DNA of 64,000 bases from Chloroflexota bacterium (GCA_963662335.2 CAXXVD010000001.1:1-64000), one strand, 5' to 3'; numbered from the stretch's first letter, positions 1-10,694 are shown. Program-made: numbers and translations. The notes: generated by a model from the letters alone, not told the origin.

Positions 1-1
1 G

Positions 2-1079
2 GTATTCACGTCTTTCGTTGACTATGGGGCGTTTCCCGATCTGCCGCATAGCCCGCTGGACGTGGCGGCGTGGGACGTGCGGGCGTCGTTCTTGCAGCGC
101 CTGCCCCAGCCGGCCCGGTGGCAAAAGCTCCTCACGCCGATATACCCACTGGCGTTTCGCGGCTTCGACGTGGCGCCGTACGATGTTGTCGTATCTTCCG
201 CCAGTTTCGCGGCCAAAGGCATTCCCCGCCGCCCCAACACGTTGCACGTCAGTTACTGCTATACGCCGCCGCGCTTCTCTGGGGCCTGGCGCCCGCCACC
301 GACCGCCAAGACTTGCCGTGGCTGCTGCGAGGACTCGACGCGCTGCTGCGGCCGCCGCTCCGGCGTTGGGACCGGTGGGCGGCGGCGCAGCCGCACCACC
401 TGGTGGCAATCTCCCAGACCGTGGCGGACCGCATCCGCCGGGTCTATGGCAGAGAAGCCACGGTCATCTATCCGCCCGTCGCACGCGCCGCTTTCGCTGC
501 GACAGGCTCAGCGCGAACGGCGCGCAGCCCGGCCGCGATGCGGAGTACTATACGGATGAGGGGTATTATGTATTCGTGGGCCGGCTGGAGGCCCATAAGC
601 GCGTCGAGTTGGCAATCGCGGCGGCGCGGGAGACGCGGGCGCCCCTGCGTGTCATCGGCGACGGCCCCCTGTGCGAGAGCCTGGAACGCACAGCGCCGCC
701 CAACGTGCAAATCCTCGGTTGGCAGTCCGAGCAGGAGTTGGCCGCGCACCTCGCCGGCTGCCGCGCGCTCGTCTTTCCCGGGGAAGAGGACTTCGGCATC
801 GTCATGGTAGAAGCCTTGAGCGCGGGCAAGCCCGTGATCGCCTACGACGCCGGGGGCGCGACCGAAATCGTGCAGCCGGGCGTGAACGGCGTGCTCGTGT
901 CCGAGCAGTCGGCAGCCGCCTTTGCGCAGGCGCTGCGAGACTTCAACCCTGAGCAATTTCCGCCTGACGTGTGCCGTGAAACTGCTGGACGTTTCGATGA
1001 ATCCCTTTTCGCGGCTCGGTTCAAGGAGTTTGTGGAAGAGAAATGGGCGGAGTTCAATCAGATCAGCGCGAACACGTGA
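2..1079 (+). CDS. GT4-family glycosyltransferase, 5'-partial, two apparent frameshifts (~277, ~530)
   Basis: Three frames join into one GT4 protein: YDVVVSSASFAAKG..SYCYTPPRF / LVAISQTVADRIRRVYGREATVIYPPV / FVGRLEAHKRVELAI..EEDFGIVMVEALSAGKPVIAY. Confidence 0.85.
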   Translation, partial: YSRLSLTMGRFPICRIARWTWRRGTCGRRSCSACPSRPGGKSSSRRYTHWRFAASTWRRTMLSYLPPVSRPKAFPAAPTRCTSVTAIRRRASLGPGARHRPPRLAVAAARTRRAAAAAAPALGPVGGGAAAPPGGNLPDRGGPHPPGLWQRSHGHLSARRTRRFRCDRLSANGAQPGRDAEYYTDEGYYVFVGRLEAHKRVELAIAAARETRAPLRVIGDGPLCESLERTAPPNVQILGWQSEQELAAHLAGCRALVFPGEEDFGIVMVEALSAGKPVIAYDAGGATEIVQPGVNGVLVSEQSAAAFAQALRDFNPEQFPPDVCRETAGRFDESLFAARFKEFVEEKWAEFNQISANT

Positions 1080-1828
1080 ACAGCGCTGCCGCCAATGTTC
1101 CGGCCAGCAGCGAGGTGCTGGCCGTGCGCGTGGATTGCGTCACCATGCGCCAGGCCCTGGAACGCTGCGCGCGCCTGCTGGACACGCCCGGCCATCACCA
1201 GGTCGTCACGCTCAACCCGGAATTCGTCATGTTTGCCCAGCGCGACACCGCGTTCCGCGCGCTGGTGCGCGACGCCGCCCTGGTGGTGCCCGACGGCGCG
1301 GGCATCGTCTGGGCCTTGCGCCGCCAAGGCTCAGGTGACGTAGAGCGCGTGACCGGCATTGACTTGATGCGCGACCTCTGCGAATTGGCGGCGGAACGGC
1401 AAGCGCCTGCGTTCCTGCTGGGCGCGGCGCCGGGCGTGGCGGCGCAAGCGGCGGCAACGTTGCAGCGGCAGCTACCGGGCCTCACGATCGCCGGCACGGC
1501 TGTCGGCGCGCCGGATCCGGGACAAGCGCCGGCGCTGTGCGCGCGGATTAGGGATTCAGGCGCCGCTCTGCTCTTCGTTGCCTTCGGCTGTCCCGCGCAG
1601 GATTTCTGGATCCAGCAGTATCAGCGCGAGTCCGGCGCGCGCCTGGCCATGGGCGTCGGCGGCAGCTTCGACTATATCTCCGGCAAGGTGCCGCGCGCCC
1701 CGCTCCTGCTGCGCCGGCTGAACCTCGAGTGGCTCTATCGTCTCGCGCGGCAGCCGTGGCGCTGGCGGCGGCAGCGCGTGCTAGTCTCGTATGTTTGGCG
1801 GGTATTGCGCGCCCGCGCTTCTCAGTGA
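1076..1828 (+). CDS. WecB/TagA/CpsF family glycosyltransferase
   Basis: VVTLNPE, VPDGAGI, RVTGIDL, GVGGSFD and LEWLYRL motifs; GTG start overlaps the upstream TGA. Confidence 0.92.
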   Translation: MNSAAANVPASSEVLAVRVDCVTMRQALERCARLLDTPGHHQVVTLNPEFVMFAQRDTAFRALVRDAALVVPDGAGIVWALRRQGSGDVERVTGIDLMRDLCELAAERQAPAFLLGAAPGVAAQAAATLQRQLPGLTIAGTAVGAPDPGQAPALCARIRDSGAALLFVAFGCPAQDFWIQQYQRESGARLAMGVGGSFDYISGKVPRAPLLLRRLNLEWLYRLARQPWRWRRQRVLVSYVWRVLRARASQ

Positions 1829-1924
1829 GCGGGGCCGGGCCCAGGGGAATATGGGCGTGACTTGGGGTTACGATTGGTAGGCTCGATTACCCCGTGGGTT
1901 TGGAGAGATTGATTGCCCGCGCGC

Positions 1925-2939
1925 ATGACGATGGCGATGAACGACGCAAACGCAGACTATACAAGTAAACGCTATGGCGTGCTCGTAGTCGGCAGCATCA
2001 ACACGGACCTCGTACTTTCCGTGCCAACGCTGCCGCAGGCCGGCGAAACCGTGCTGGGCGGCGATTTGCGGCGCGTCGGCGGCGGCAAGGGCGCGAACCA
2101 AGCGGTAGCCGCCGCGCGCCTGGGCGCGCGCACCGCCTTCCTCGGCTGCGTCGGCAACGACGAATTCGGCAAGGCGCGCCTAGCGGAGTTGGAGTCCGCC
2201 GGCGTTGCCATTGGCGCGGTTGTCACGGACCCCGGCGCGCCCGACCGGCGCGGCGCTCATTCTCGTGGACGCAGCGGGCGAAAACGTGATTGCCGTCTCC
2301 CCCGGGGCCAATGCCGCGCTTACGCCGTTGCACGTGACGGCCGCGTCCACACTCTTCGCGCAGGCGAGTGTGCTCGTTTGCCAACTTGAAGTTCCGCTCA
2401 ATGCGGTACAAGCCGCGCTCGACGAGGCCCGGGCGCATAACGTGACAACCATCCTCAACGCCGCCCCCGGAACCCCGGAGGCGGCTCATCTGCTCGCGTC
2501 AACCGACGTGTTAATCGTGAACCGCATTGAGGCGGGAAGCCTGACCGGGCATCAGGTAGAGTCAAGCGCCGCCGCGCGCGCCGCCGCCAAAGAGCTTTGC
2601 GATAGAGTCCGGCGCGCGGCAATCGTCACGCTGGGCGCGGAGGGCAGTATTGTCGCTTCACGCGACGGGATCGCTCATGTCCCGGCGTGGCGTGTAGACC
2701 CGGTTGACGCAACCGCGGCCGGCGACGCTTTCGTCGGCGCAGTGGCGGCGGCGCTTGCCGGTGGGGAGACCCTAGCGGACGCCGCGCGCCTTGCCACCGC
2801 GGCCGCGGCGCTCGCGGTAGGACGGTTCGGCGCGCAGTCCTCTCTGCCTACGGCCCAGGAAGTCGCCGCGTTTATCCGCGGCCATCCGGTTGCCGCATAC
2901 ACGGAAAGCTGCCACGATGGAGATGGCGACAACGCGTGA
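1925..2939 (+). CDS. rbsK: Ribokinase (PfkB family), apparent +1 frameshift at ~2240; start uncertain (1913-1937)
   Basis: VVGSINTDLV, GGKGANQAVAAARLG in one frame; PTGAALILVD..GENVI and DATAAGDAFVG in the next. Confidence 0.85.
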
Positions 2940-3980
2940 GCCGCGACACCGGAGGCGCCAACGATAGGCACACTCACCTGGCACGACGCGCTGGCCCGCT
3001 TTGCGGCGCAGCGCATCCTCGTCATTGGCGACATGGTTGCCGACGAGCACATCTTCACCCGCGCCAGCGGCATGTCGCGCGAAGCGCCGCTGCCGGTGTT
3101 GCACTACGTCGACCGCAAACTGGTGCCCGGCGGCGCCACCAACGTGGCCTGCAACTTGCGCGCGCTAGGCGCTGAGGTCTGGGTAGCGGGCGTAATTGGG
3201 GATGACGGCATCGGCCATGACTTGCGCCAAATGCTGCAAGACGACGGCGTGCACTGCGCCGATCTCTTTGCCGCCGCCGACCGGGCGACCTCGACCAAGA
3301 CCCGCATCTGGGCCGGCGGCGACCAGCAGCCCGTGCAGCAGCAGGTCTGCCGCATCGATCGCGTCGAGCGCGTCCCGGTCTCGCCGGCGCTCTGCCAACA
3401 GGTGATTGACGGGCTTGCGTGCCGCATTCCCTCTGTTGACGCCATCATCGTCGCAGACTATGAGATCAGCATGATCGACGATGCCGTCATCGCAGCCGTC
3501 CTCCGCCATGCCCAGGCGGGAAGCAAGCCGGTCACGGTGGACTCGCACGGCAACCTGACGCGGCTTTCCGGGGGCCGACACATTCACACCCAAACCAGCC
3601 AGAGGTAGAGTTTACGCTGGGGCGCGCCCTGCAATCACGTGAAGAACTAGAGAACGCCGGCGCCGAAATTGCTTGAGCGACTGCAGACCAAGACGCTTCT
3701 CATCACGCGCGGCAGCGAGGGCATGTCACTATTCTCCGCCGGCGCCGCACCTAGCCACCTCCCGGCGCTGGGCGAAGACCGCGTGCTCGATCCGACCGGC
3801 GCCGGCGACACGGTCTCGGCCGTGCTCACGTTGGCGCTGCTCGCTGGCTTGCCGCCCGCCCGCGCTGCTATGATGGCGGCGGCGGCGGCGAGCATCGTGG
3901 TGCGCAAACTCGGCGCGGCGGTGGCCGCGCCAGCCGAAATCGTGGGTGTCCTTGAGTCCATGGAAGGCCCCGGCGCGTGA
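2936..3980 (+). CDS. rfaE1: HldE/RfaE kinase-domain protein (heptose-7-phosphate kinase-like, PfkB), with apparent frameshifts (~2945, ~3564, ~3593, ~3668)
   Basis: ILVIGDMVADE, MSREAPLPVL, PGGATNVACN, TSTKTRI, reconstructed FTPNQPE, LITRGSEGM, DPTGAGDTV, VVRKLG. Confidence 0.8.
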
Positions 3981-4495
3981 CCGCAGGCAAGATTCTGACT
4001 GAAACGGCGCTGCAGCGCCAAGTCAGCACGTTGCGATGCCAAGGGAAGAGAATCGTCTTTACCAATGGCTGTTTCGACCTGCTCCATCCCGGCCACGTTG
4101 TTTATCTCGAAGCGGCGCGGGCGCTGGGTGACGCGCTCATCGTAGCCGTGAACAGTGACCGCTCCGTGCGGGCGTTGAAGGGGCCGCACCGGCCCATAAC
4201 GCCGGAGGCGGACCGCGCGCGTGTGCTGGCCGCGCTGGCGTGCGTGGACTACGTAACGCTTTTCGCGGACGAAACGGCGGAGAGACTGGTAACGTTGCTC
4301 AAACCCGACATTTATGTCAAAGGCGGCGACTACGCGCCGGCCGAACCGGTTGAAGCCGCCGCCGTCAGAGCCTACGGCGGCAGCATACGCATCCTGCCGT
4401 TCACGGCCGGTTACAGCACGACGAGACTCGTTGATCAGGTCGCCGCGGCCGCGGCGCGGCTGGATTCCCGTTTTCGCGGGAGTGTCGGAAGCTAG
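3977..4495 (+). CDS. rfaE2: D-glycero-beta-D-manno-heptose 1-phosphate adenylyltransferase (HldC/RfaE2)
   Basis: VFTNGCFDLLHPGH, NSDRSVRALKG..RP, YVKGGDY, GYSTT. Confidence 0.93.
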   Translation: MTAGKILTETALQRQVSTLRCQGKRIVFTNGCFDLLHPGHVVYLEAARALGDALIVAVNSDRSVRALKGPHRPITPEADRARVLAALACVDYVTLFADETAERLVTLLKPDIYVKGGDYAPAEPVEAAAVRAYGGSIRILPFTAGYSTTRLVDQVAAAAARLDSRFRGSVGS

Positions 4496-4554
4496 CAACG
4501 GCGAGCGAGTGTCGGCAACATCAAAGCAATGCACATACAGGAGAAGAACAGAAA

Positions 4555-5010
4555 GTGGCGCAACGCACCCTCATCATCATCAAGCCCGACGGCGTTCAAC
4601 GCGGCCTCGTAGGTGAAATCCTGGGCCGCTTCGAGAAACGCGGCCTGAAGTTAGCCGGCCTCAAGCTCATGGCGGTGGATAGGCAGTTGGCGGAAACGCA
4701 CTACGCCGTGCACCGGGAGAGACCGTTCTTCAGCGACTTGATCGAGTTCATCACCGCCGGCCCCGTCGTGTGCGCGGTGGTGGAAGGCCCGGAGGCAATT
4801 ACGGTGGTGAGAACGCTGGTGGGCGCTACCCGGTTTACCGAGGCCGCGCCCGGCTCGATCCGCGGCGACTTCGCGCTTGACCTCACCATGAACTTGATTC
4901 ATGCGTCCGACGCCCCCGAGACCGCGGCAAAGGAGATTGACCTCTTCTTTCAACCCAACGAGTTGCTGGACTACACGCGGGAGGGCGACCGTTGGATAAC
5001 GAGCGGCTGA
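4555..5010 (+). CDS. ndk: Nucleoside diphosphate kinase
   Basis: RTLIIIKPDGVQRGLVGEI, PGSIRGDF, NLIHASD. Confidence 0.97.
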   Translation: MAQRTLIIIKPDGVQRGLVGEILGRFEKRGLKLAGLKLMAVDRQLAETHYAVHRERPFFSDLIEFITAGPVVCAVVEGPEAITVVRTLVGATRFTEAAPGSIRGDFALDLTMNLIHASDAPETAAKEIDLFFQPNELLDYTREGDRWITSG

Positions 5011-5117
5011 CGCGCTACCGGCCTAGCGCCCCGGCGGCTCCAAACACATAGGCCGCGCGCCGCTCAAGGGCGGGCTGCCATAGTGTTCAAGATGATAGGA
5101 AAAGGCTTCACTTCTAG

Positions 5118-5198
5118 CCGTTCGCGCTGAGCCTGTCGAAGCGCAAGCGGAATGGACAGTCTCCCCCGTTCGCGCTGAGCCTGTCGAAGCGCAAGCGG
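5118..5198 (+). repeat. Two identical 33-bp copies of CCGTTCGCGCTGAGCCTGTCGAAGCGCAAGCGG
   Basis: Copies at 5118-5150 and 5166-5198; related element at 30342-30460. Confidence 0.85.
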
Positions 5199-5241
5199 TC
5201 ACGCAGGGGCAATCACGCACAAGAAGGGACACTTGTTACCC

Positions 5242-6655
5242 ATGAAAGACCATCGTCCACACGTCATTCTCTTCACCACCGACCAGCACCGCGGCGATCA
5301 CCTTGGCATCGCCGGCCATCCCGTGCTCGAGACGCCCAACGTCGATGCCTTCGTGCAGCACGGCGCGTATTTTCCCAACGCCTACACCGAGATTCCCTCC
5401 ACCACCGGCGCGCGGCGCTGCCTCCACGGCGGCCAGCGCAGCTATGACTGCGGCCTGATTGGCTACTCCGCTTCGGAGTGGCACGAACCGAACACGCTCG
5501 CCGCCGTGCTTGCCGACGCCGGCTACCACTGCATCAACGTCGGCTGGCGCAACATGCACCCGCGCCGCAAGCTCTACGGTTTCCACACCGTCATCCCGCA
5601 CGACCTGCGCGACGGCGACGACGATTACTGGGACTGGCTGCGCGAGGAACTAGGCCCGCACGCCCACGAGCGTACCCACGGCGTGGACGCCAACGGCTGG
5701 CTGGGACGGCCCTGGGGCCTATGAAGAGCGCTATCACTCCACGAACTGGACCGTGGACGTGACGATCGAGCAAATCAAGAAACGGGACCCAACGAAACCC
5801 GTCTTCGTCTGGTGTTCGCACCTCCGCCCCCACTCGCCGTTCGACCCGCCCCAGTTCTTCTGGGACATGTACATCGACCGGCAACTGCCGGACGTCCCGG
5901 TAGGCGACTGGGCCGAGCGGTACGACGTGCCGCAGCCCGGCTTGCCGCGCACCGCCTGGTACGGCCGGCTCACGGACGAGCAAATTCAGCGCATGCGCGC
6001 GGCGTACATGGGCTGCATCAGTCACATCGACTACCAACTCGGCTACCTGCTGGAGATGGTGGAGGGAGGACTGGACCGCAACGTGATGGTGGTGTTCACC
6101 GCCGACCACGGCGACATGCTGGGCGACCACAATCTCATCCGCAAGTGCTACGCGTACGAGGGCTCGGCCCGCATTCCGTTCGTTATCAAGTATCCCAATA
6201 GTGTTGATGCGCCTTCCGGCACGTTCGCGCAACCGGTCGGCCTGCAGGACGTGATGCCGACGATCCTCGAGGCCACCGGCACGCCCATTCCGGATTCCGT
6301 CACCGGCGCGAGCGTCCTCAAGGCGGCGCGGAGCGAGCCGTGGCGCGACTACGTCCACGGCGAACACTCCCCGTGCTACAGTCCGGACAACGCCATGCAG
6401 TACCTCACCGACGGCAAGGAAAAGTACGTCTGGTTTCCGGTTAGAGGTGAGGAGCAGTTCTTCGACTTGGAAAGCGACCGCGAGGAACTTCACGATCGAG
6501 TGGGAGATCCGGCCTATGCCAACCGGGTTGCGCTCTGGCGCAACCGCCTCATCGCCTATCTGGGCGAACGCGGCGACGGCTTCTCCGACGGCGAGAAACT
6601 GCTCGCGCGTCCCGAGGGCTACGGTCCGCAAGCGGTTCCGCCCGCGGCGAGCTAG
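5242..6655 (+). CDS. Sulfatase-like hydrolase (alkaline phosphatase superfamily) with atypical active-site motif, apparent frameshift at ~5720
   Basis: HVILFTTDQHRGD, ETPNVD, RPHSPFDPP, FTADHGDMLGDH, YEGSARIPF; CxPxR replaced by TTGAR. Confidence 0.85.
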
Positions 6656-6807
6656 GCAACGCGCGCGCCGCCGCTTGTGCTCCCGCCGTCCAGCAAGCCC
6701 CCAAGCCGGCCAGAGCAGCCGCCGTGCATTCACGCTATAGTTAGGGTGAGCAAAGCGGCTACCCAAGATGTAGCGTCATTCCGGTTGCTTGCGCGGAGTT
6801 CACCCAC

Positions 6808-8583
6808 ATGGCCGGCACACCCGATTTCGATCCCATCACATTCGAAGTCGTGCGCCACGCGCTCACCGAGGCCACGGAAGAGATGGCGGTGGCCCTCAGG
6901 CGCAGCGCGTATTCTACCAACATCAAGACCCGCGCCGACTTTTCCTGCGCCTTCTTCGACCGCGACCTGAACGTGGTGGCGCAGGCCTTTTGCCAGGCGG
7001 TGCATCTCGGCTCGCTCGTGCACCTCGCGCCCATCGCCGTGCGCGCCTACGGGCCGGAGAATCTTGGCCCGGGCGACGCCATTCTCTGCAACGATCCCTA
7101 TCTCGGCGGCGTGCACCTCAACGACATCAGCCTCATCTCGCCAGTCTACTGCGAGGGCGAACTCTTTGGCTACGTGGCCAACATGGCGCACCACGTGGAC
7201 GTTGGCGGCGGCGCGCCGGCCAGTGTTGGCGCCTTTCGCGAGGTCTACCAGGAAGGCGTCATCATCCCGCCGGTCAAGCTGGTCGCGGCCGGCGAGATCG
7301 TGGAGGACGTCTTCCGCCTCATCCTGGGACAAATCCGCTCCAAGCGCGAGACCGCCGGCGACTTTCGCGCCCAGATGGCCGCCAACGCCACCGGCGCGCG
7401 CCGCTTGTCCGAACTGACGCGGCAGACCGGCAGCGAAACCGTCAATCGCTATATCCAGGAATTAATGACCTATGCCGAGCGCCGCACCCGCGCCGAGATC
7501 GCCAAGCTGCCCCAGGGCGAATTCACCGCCGACGGCTACGTGGACACCGACGGCTACACCGACGAGCCGGTGCGCCTGGCCGCCAGGGTGCGCATCGACG
7601 CGGACGGCGTCTTCTTCGACCTGAACGGCTGCGATCCGCAACGCCGCGCGCCGGTGAACTCGACCTTTGCGCAGACCTTTTCGGCCTGCGCGTACAACCT
7701 GAAGTGCCTGATTGATCCGGACATCCCGCCCAACCAAGGGTTCTACCGTTTCGTGCGCATCGACGCGCCGGCAGGCACGGTGGTCAATTGCCGCCCGCCC
7801 GCGCCGGTGGTGGGCGGCTGGGAGACCCACGCGCGCCTCAACGACGTGATCTTCAAGGCGCTGGCGCCGGCGCTGCCGGAGCGCGTGCCCGCGGGCGGCA
7901 AGGCCATGCAGTGCCACGCCGGTTTCGGCGGCATCGACCCCCGCAACGGCGAGTACTACTGTTTCCTGGAAACTCTGGCCGGCGGCTATGGGGCACGGGC
8001 CCACAGCGACGGCCCGGACGCCGTGCAGACCCACGGCCAGAACACCGAGAACGCGCCCATCGAAGAGACCGAACGCTACTATCCGGTGCGCATCCTGCGT
8101 TACGAACTCGTGGACGACTCCGAGGGGCCGGGCGAGTATCGCGGCGGACTCGGCCTGCGGCGGGACTACGTCTTCCCCGATCACGAGGTCACGTTCACGG
8201 TGCTTGCCGATAGAGATAAGGCAGGGCCCTGGGGACTCTTTGGCGGCGAGGCGGGCCGTCCCGCCTTCTACCTGCATACTCGCGACGGCGCGACGGAACT
8301 CCTAAGCTCGAAAGTCACGGTGGACGTGCGTCCCGGCGAGACAATTCGCTATGAGACCTGCGGCGGCGGCGGGTACGGCCCGCCCGCGCGGCGCGACCCG
8401 CAGCGCGTGCTCAGCGACGCGCGCCAGGGCAAGGTCAGTGTGGAGCGCGCCCGCTCGGCGTATGGCGTGGTGATTGACCCGGCGGGGTGGACGGTGGATA
8501 GCGCCGCCACCGCCGCCTTGCGCGCGGCCACGCAAGCCGAAAGCGCCGGCGCCGGCGGCAAGGAAACGGAGCGCGAGCAATGA
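6808..8583 (+). CDS. Hydantoinase B / oxoprolinase family subunit
   Basis: DPITFEV, RSAYSTNIK..DFSCA, NDPYLGGVHLND, AHHVDVGG, GGGGYGPP. Confidence 0.93.
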   Translation: MAGTPDFDPITFEVVRHALTEATEEMAVALRRSAYSTNIKTRADFSCAFFDRDLNVVAQAFCQAVHLGSLVHLAPIAVRAYGPENLGPGDAILCNDPYLGGVHLNDISLISPVYCEGELFGYVANMAHHVDVGGGAPASVGAFREVYQEGVIIPPVKLVAAGEIVEDVFRLILGQIRSKRETAGDFRAQMAANATGARRLSELTRQTGSETVNRYIQELMTYAERRTRAEIAKLPQGEFTADGYVDTDGYTDEPVRLAARVRIDADGVFFDLNGCDPQRRAPVNSTFAQTFSACAYNLKCLIDPDIPPNQGFYRFVRIDAPAGTVVNCRPPAPVVGGWETHARLNDVIFKALAPALPERVPAGGKAMQCHAGFGGIDPRNGEYYCFLETLAGGYGARAHSDGPDAVQTHGQNTENAPIEETERYYPVRILRYELVDDSEGPGEYRGGLGLRRDYVFPDHEVTFTVLADRDKAGPWGLFGGEAGRPAFYLHTRDGATELLSSKVTVDVRPGETIRYETCGGGGYGPPARRDPQRVLSDARQGKVSVERARSAYGVVIDPAGWTVDSAATAALRAATQAESAGAGGKETEREQ

Positions 8584-10694
8584 GCGCGGCGCACTTCCGG
8601 CTCGGCGTGGACATTGGCGGCACGTTCACCGACGCCACGCTGGTGGACGAAAGCAGCGGCCGCCTCTGGAACGCCAAAGTCTCGTCCACGCCCGGCGACC
8701 CGGCCCAGGGCTTCCTGACCGCCACCCGGCAAATCCTCGCGCGCGCCGGCCTGGCGCCGGAGTCATTGCGCTACGTCGTCCACGCCACCACCGTCGCCAC
8801 CAACGCCATCATTGAGGGCAAGGTCGCCCCCACCGCGCTCATCACGACCGAGGGCTTTCGCGACATCCTGGAAATCGCCCGCCAGATTCGCCCGTCGCTC
8901 TACGACACGCTCTTCGAGAAACCGCAGCCCCTCGTGCCCCGCGACCGCTGCTTTGGCGTGCCGGAGCGCCTTGACGCCACCGGCGCGGTGATTACGCCTT
9001 TGGACGAAGCCGCCTTGCCGCGCATCGCAGCCATTATCCAGGAGGCGGGCATCGAGTCGGTCGCCGTCTGCTTCTTGCATTCGTACCTAAATCCGGAGCA
9101 CGAGCGGCAGGCCGGAGAATTGCTGCGCGCCCACGCGCCGGACGTTGCCGTCTCCCTCTCTTCCGAGGTAGCCCCGGAAATTCGCGAGTACTTCCGCGCC
9201 AGCACCACCGTCATCAACGCCGCGCTGCGGCCCATCGTCTCGCGCTACCTGGAGAGCATCGAGGCCCGCTTGCGCGCGCTCGGCATCCCGTCCGAACTGC
9301 TGGTAATGCAGAGCAGCGGCGGCCTCATGACGTTTGGCGACGCGCGGCGCCGGCCGGTTTTCATGGTCGAGTCCGGCCCGGCCGCGGGCGTGATTACGGC
9401 GGCGCACCTGGGCGAGGCGCTGGGCTACCAGAACGTCATCTCGTTCGACATGGGCGGTACCACCGCAAAAGTCGGCCTGGTGCAAGACGGCGCGCCGCGC
9501 ATCACCAAGGATTACGAGGTCGGCTCCGTGGCCCAACCCGGCAGCGGCGGTTTCCGCGCCGGCGGCTATCCCATTCGCACGCCGGTGATCGATCTGGTGG
9601 AGATTGGCGCGGGCGGCGGCTCGATCGCGTGGGTTGACCCCGGCGGCGTCTTGCGCGTCGGCCCCCAGAGCGCCGGGGCCGACCCCGGCCCGGCCTGCTA
9701 CGGCCAGGGCGGCGCCGAGCCGACCGTGACAGACGCAAACCTGGTACTGGGACGCCTCAATCCCGGCCACCTGCTGGGCGGCGACCTGAAGCTGGACGGC
9801 GCGCTGGCGCACGCGGCAATCGCGGAGCGCATTGCCAAACCGCTGGGCCTGGACGTGGTCAAGGCCGCCCACAGCATCGTCGAGATCGCCAACGTGGCCA
9901 TGATCAACGCGCTGCGCTTGGTCTCCGTGCAGCGCGGGCACGATCCCCGCGATTTTGCGCTCACGGCCTTTGGCGGGGCCGGGCCGCTGCACGCCAACCG
10001 CCTGGCCCACGAGATGAACATTCCGGTCACCGTCGTTCCCACCAGCCCGGGCACGGCCTCGGCGCTGGGCTTGCTGGTCACGGACATTTCTTATGACTAC
10101 GCCACCACGCTGATCGAACGAGTCGACCGTCTGGAACCGGGAGCAGTAGCGGACGTATTCGCAGACCTCCGGCGGCAAGGCGCGGCGGCGCTCACGGCCG
10201 CGGGCGTGGCCCCGGCGGACATGGCATTCGTGCAGAACGTTGACGTCCGTTACGTTGGGCAGAGCTACGAACTCTCGCTGCCGTGTCCCACTGGCGCGGA
10301 AGGCGGGCTTGTCGCAGACGACCTCTTGGACGAATTCCACAGAGAACATCATCGCGTCTACGGTCACAGCGTGCCCGGCGAGCCGGTAGAGACGGTTAAC
10401 CTGCGGCTTACGGCCCTGGGCACGATCGTCAAACCGCCGCTACTCGAGAAGGACGCCGGCGCGTGCCCACTGCCGGAAGCGCAACGCGGCGCCCGCCGCG
10501 TCTTCTTTGGCGAAGCAGGCGCGTTCGTGGACTGTCCGATCTACGATCGCTACCTCCTCAGCCCCGGAACCAAGGTGGCGGGCCCCGCGATCGTGGAAGA
10601 GTACGATTCAACCACCGTAATCCATCCGGGGTACTACGCAGCGGTGGATCAATACGGTACACTACTACTTACGAAATTCGTTGAGCTTCCCTAG
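8580..10694 (+). CDS. Hydantoinase A / oxoprolinase family ATP-binding subunit
   Basis: GVDIGGTFTD, ESGPAAG, DMGGTT, GPQSAGADPGPACYG, FGGAGPLH; ATGA overlap with the B subunit. Confidence 0.94.
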   Translation: MSAAHFRLGVDIGGTFTDATLVDESSGRLWNAKVSSTPGDPAQGFLTATRQILARAGLAPESLRYVVHATTVATNAIIEGKVAPTALITTEGFRDILEIARQIRPSLYDTLFEKPQPLVPRDRCFGVPERLDATGAVITPLDEAALPRIAAIIQEAGIESVAVCFLHSYLNPEHERQAGELLRAHAPDVAVSLSSEVAPEIREYFRASTTVINAALRPIVSRYLESIEARLRALGIPSELLVMQSSGGLMTFGDARRRPVFMVESGPAAGVITAAHLGEALGYQNVISFDMGGTTAKVGLVQDGAPRITKDYEVGSVAQPGSGGFRAGGYPIRTPVIDLVEIGAGGGSIAWVDPGGVLRVGPQSAGADPGPACYGQGGAEPTVTDANLVLGRLNPGHLLGGDLKLDGALAHAAIAERIAKPLGLDVVKAAHSIVEIANVAMINALRLVSVQRGHDPRDFALTAFGGAGPLHANRLAHEMNIPVTVVPTSPGTASALGLLVTDISYDYATTLIERVDRLEPGAVADVFADLRRQGAAALTAAGVAPADMAFVQNVDVRYVGQSYELSLPCPTGAEGGLVADDLLDEFHREHHRVYGHSVPGEPVETVNLRLTALGTIVKPPLLEKDAGACPLPEAQRGARRVFFGEAGAFVDCPIYDRYLLSPGTKVAGPAIVEEYDSTTVIHPGYYAAVDQYGTLLLTKFVELP

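Noticed and set aside
2230-3670. Programmed ribosomal frameshifting in ribokinase or the HldE kinase
   Set aside because: No slippery heptamers, and several independent shifts per gene fit sequencing error better
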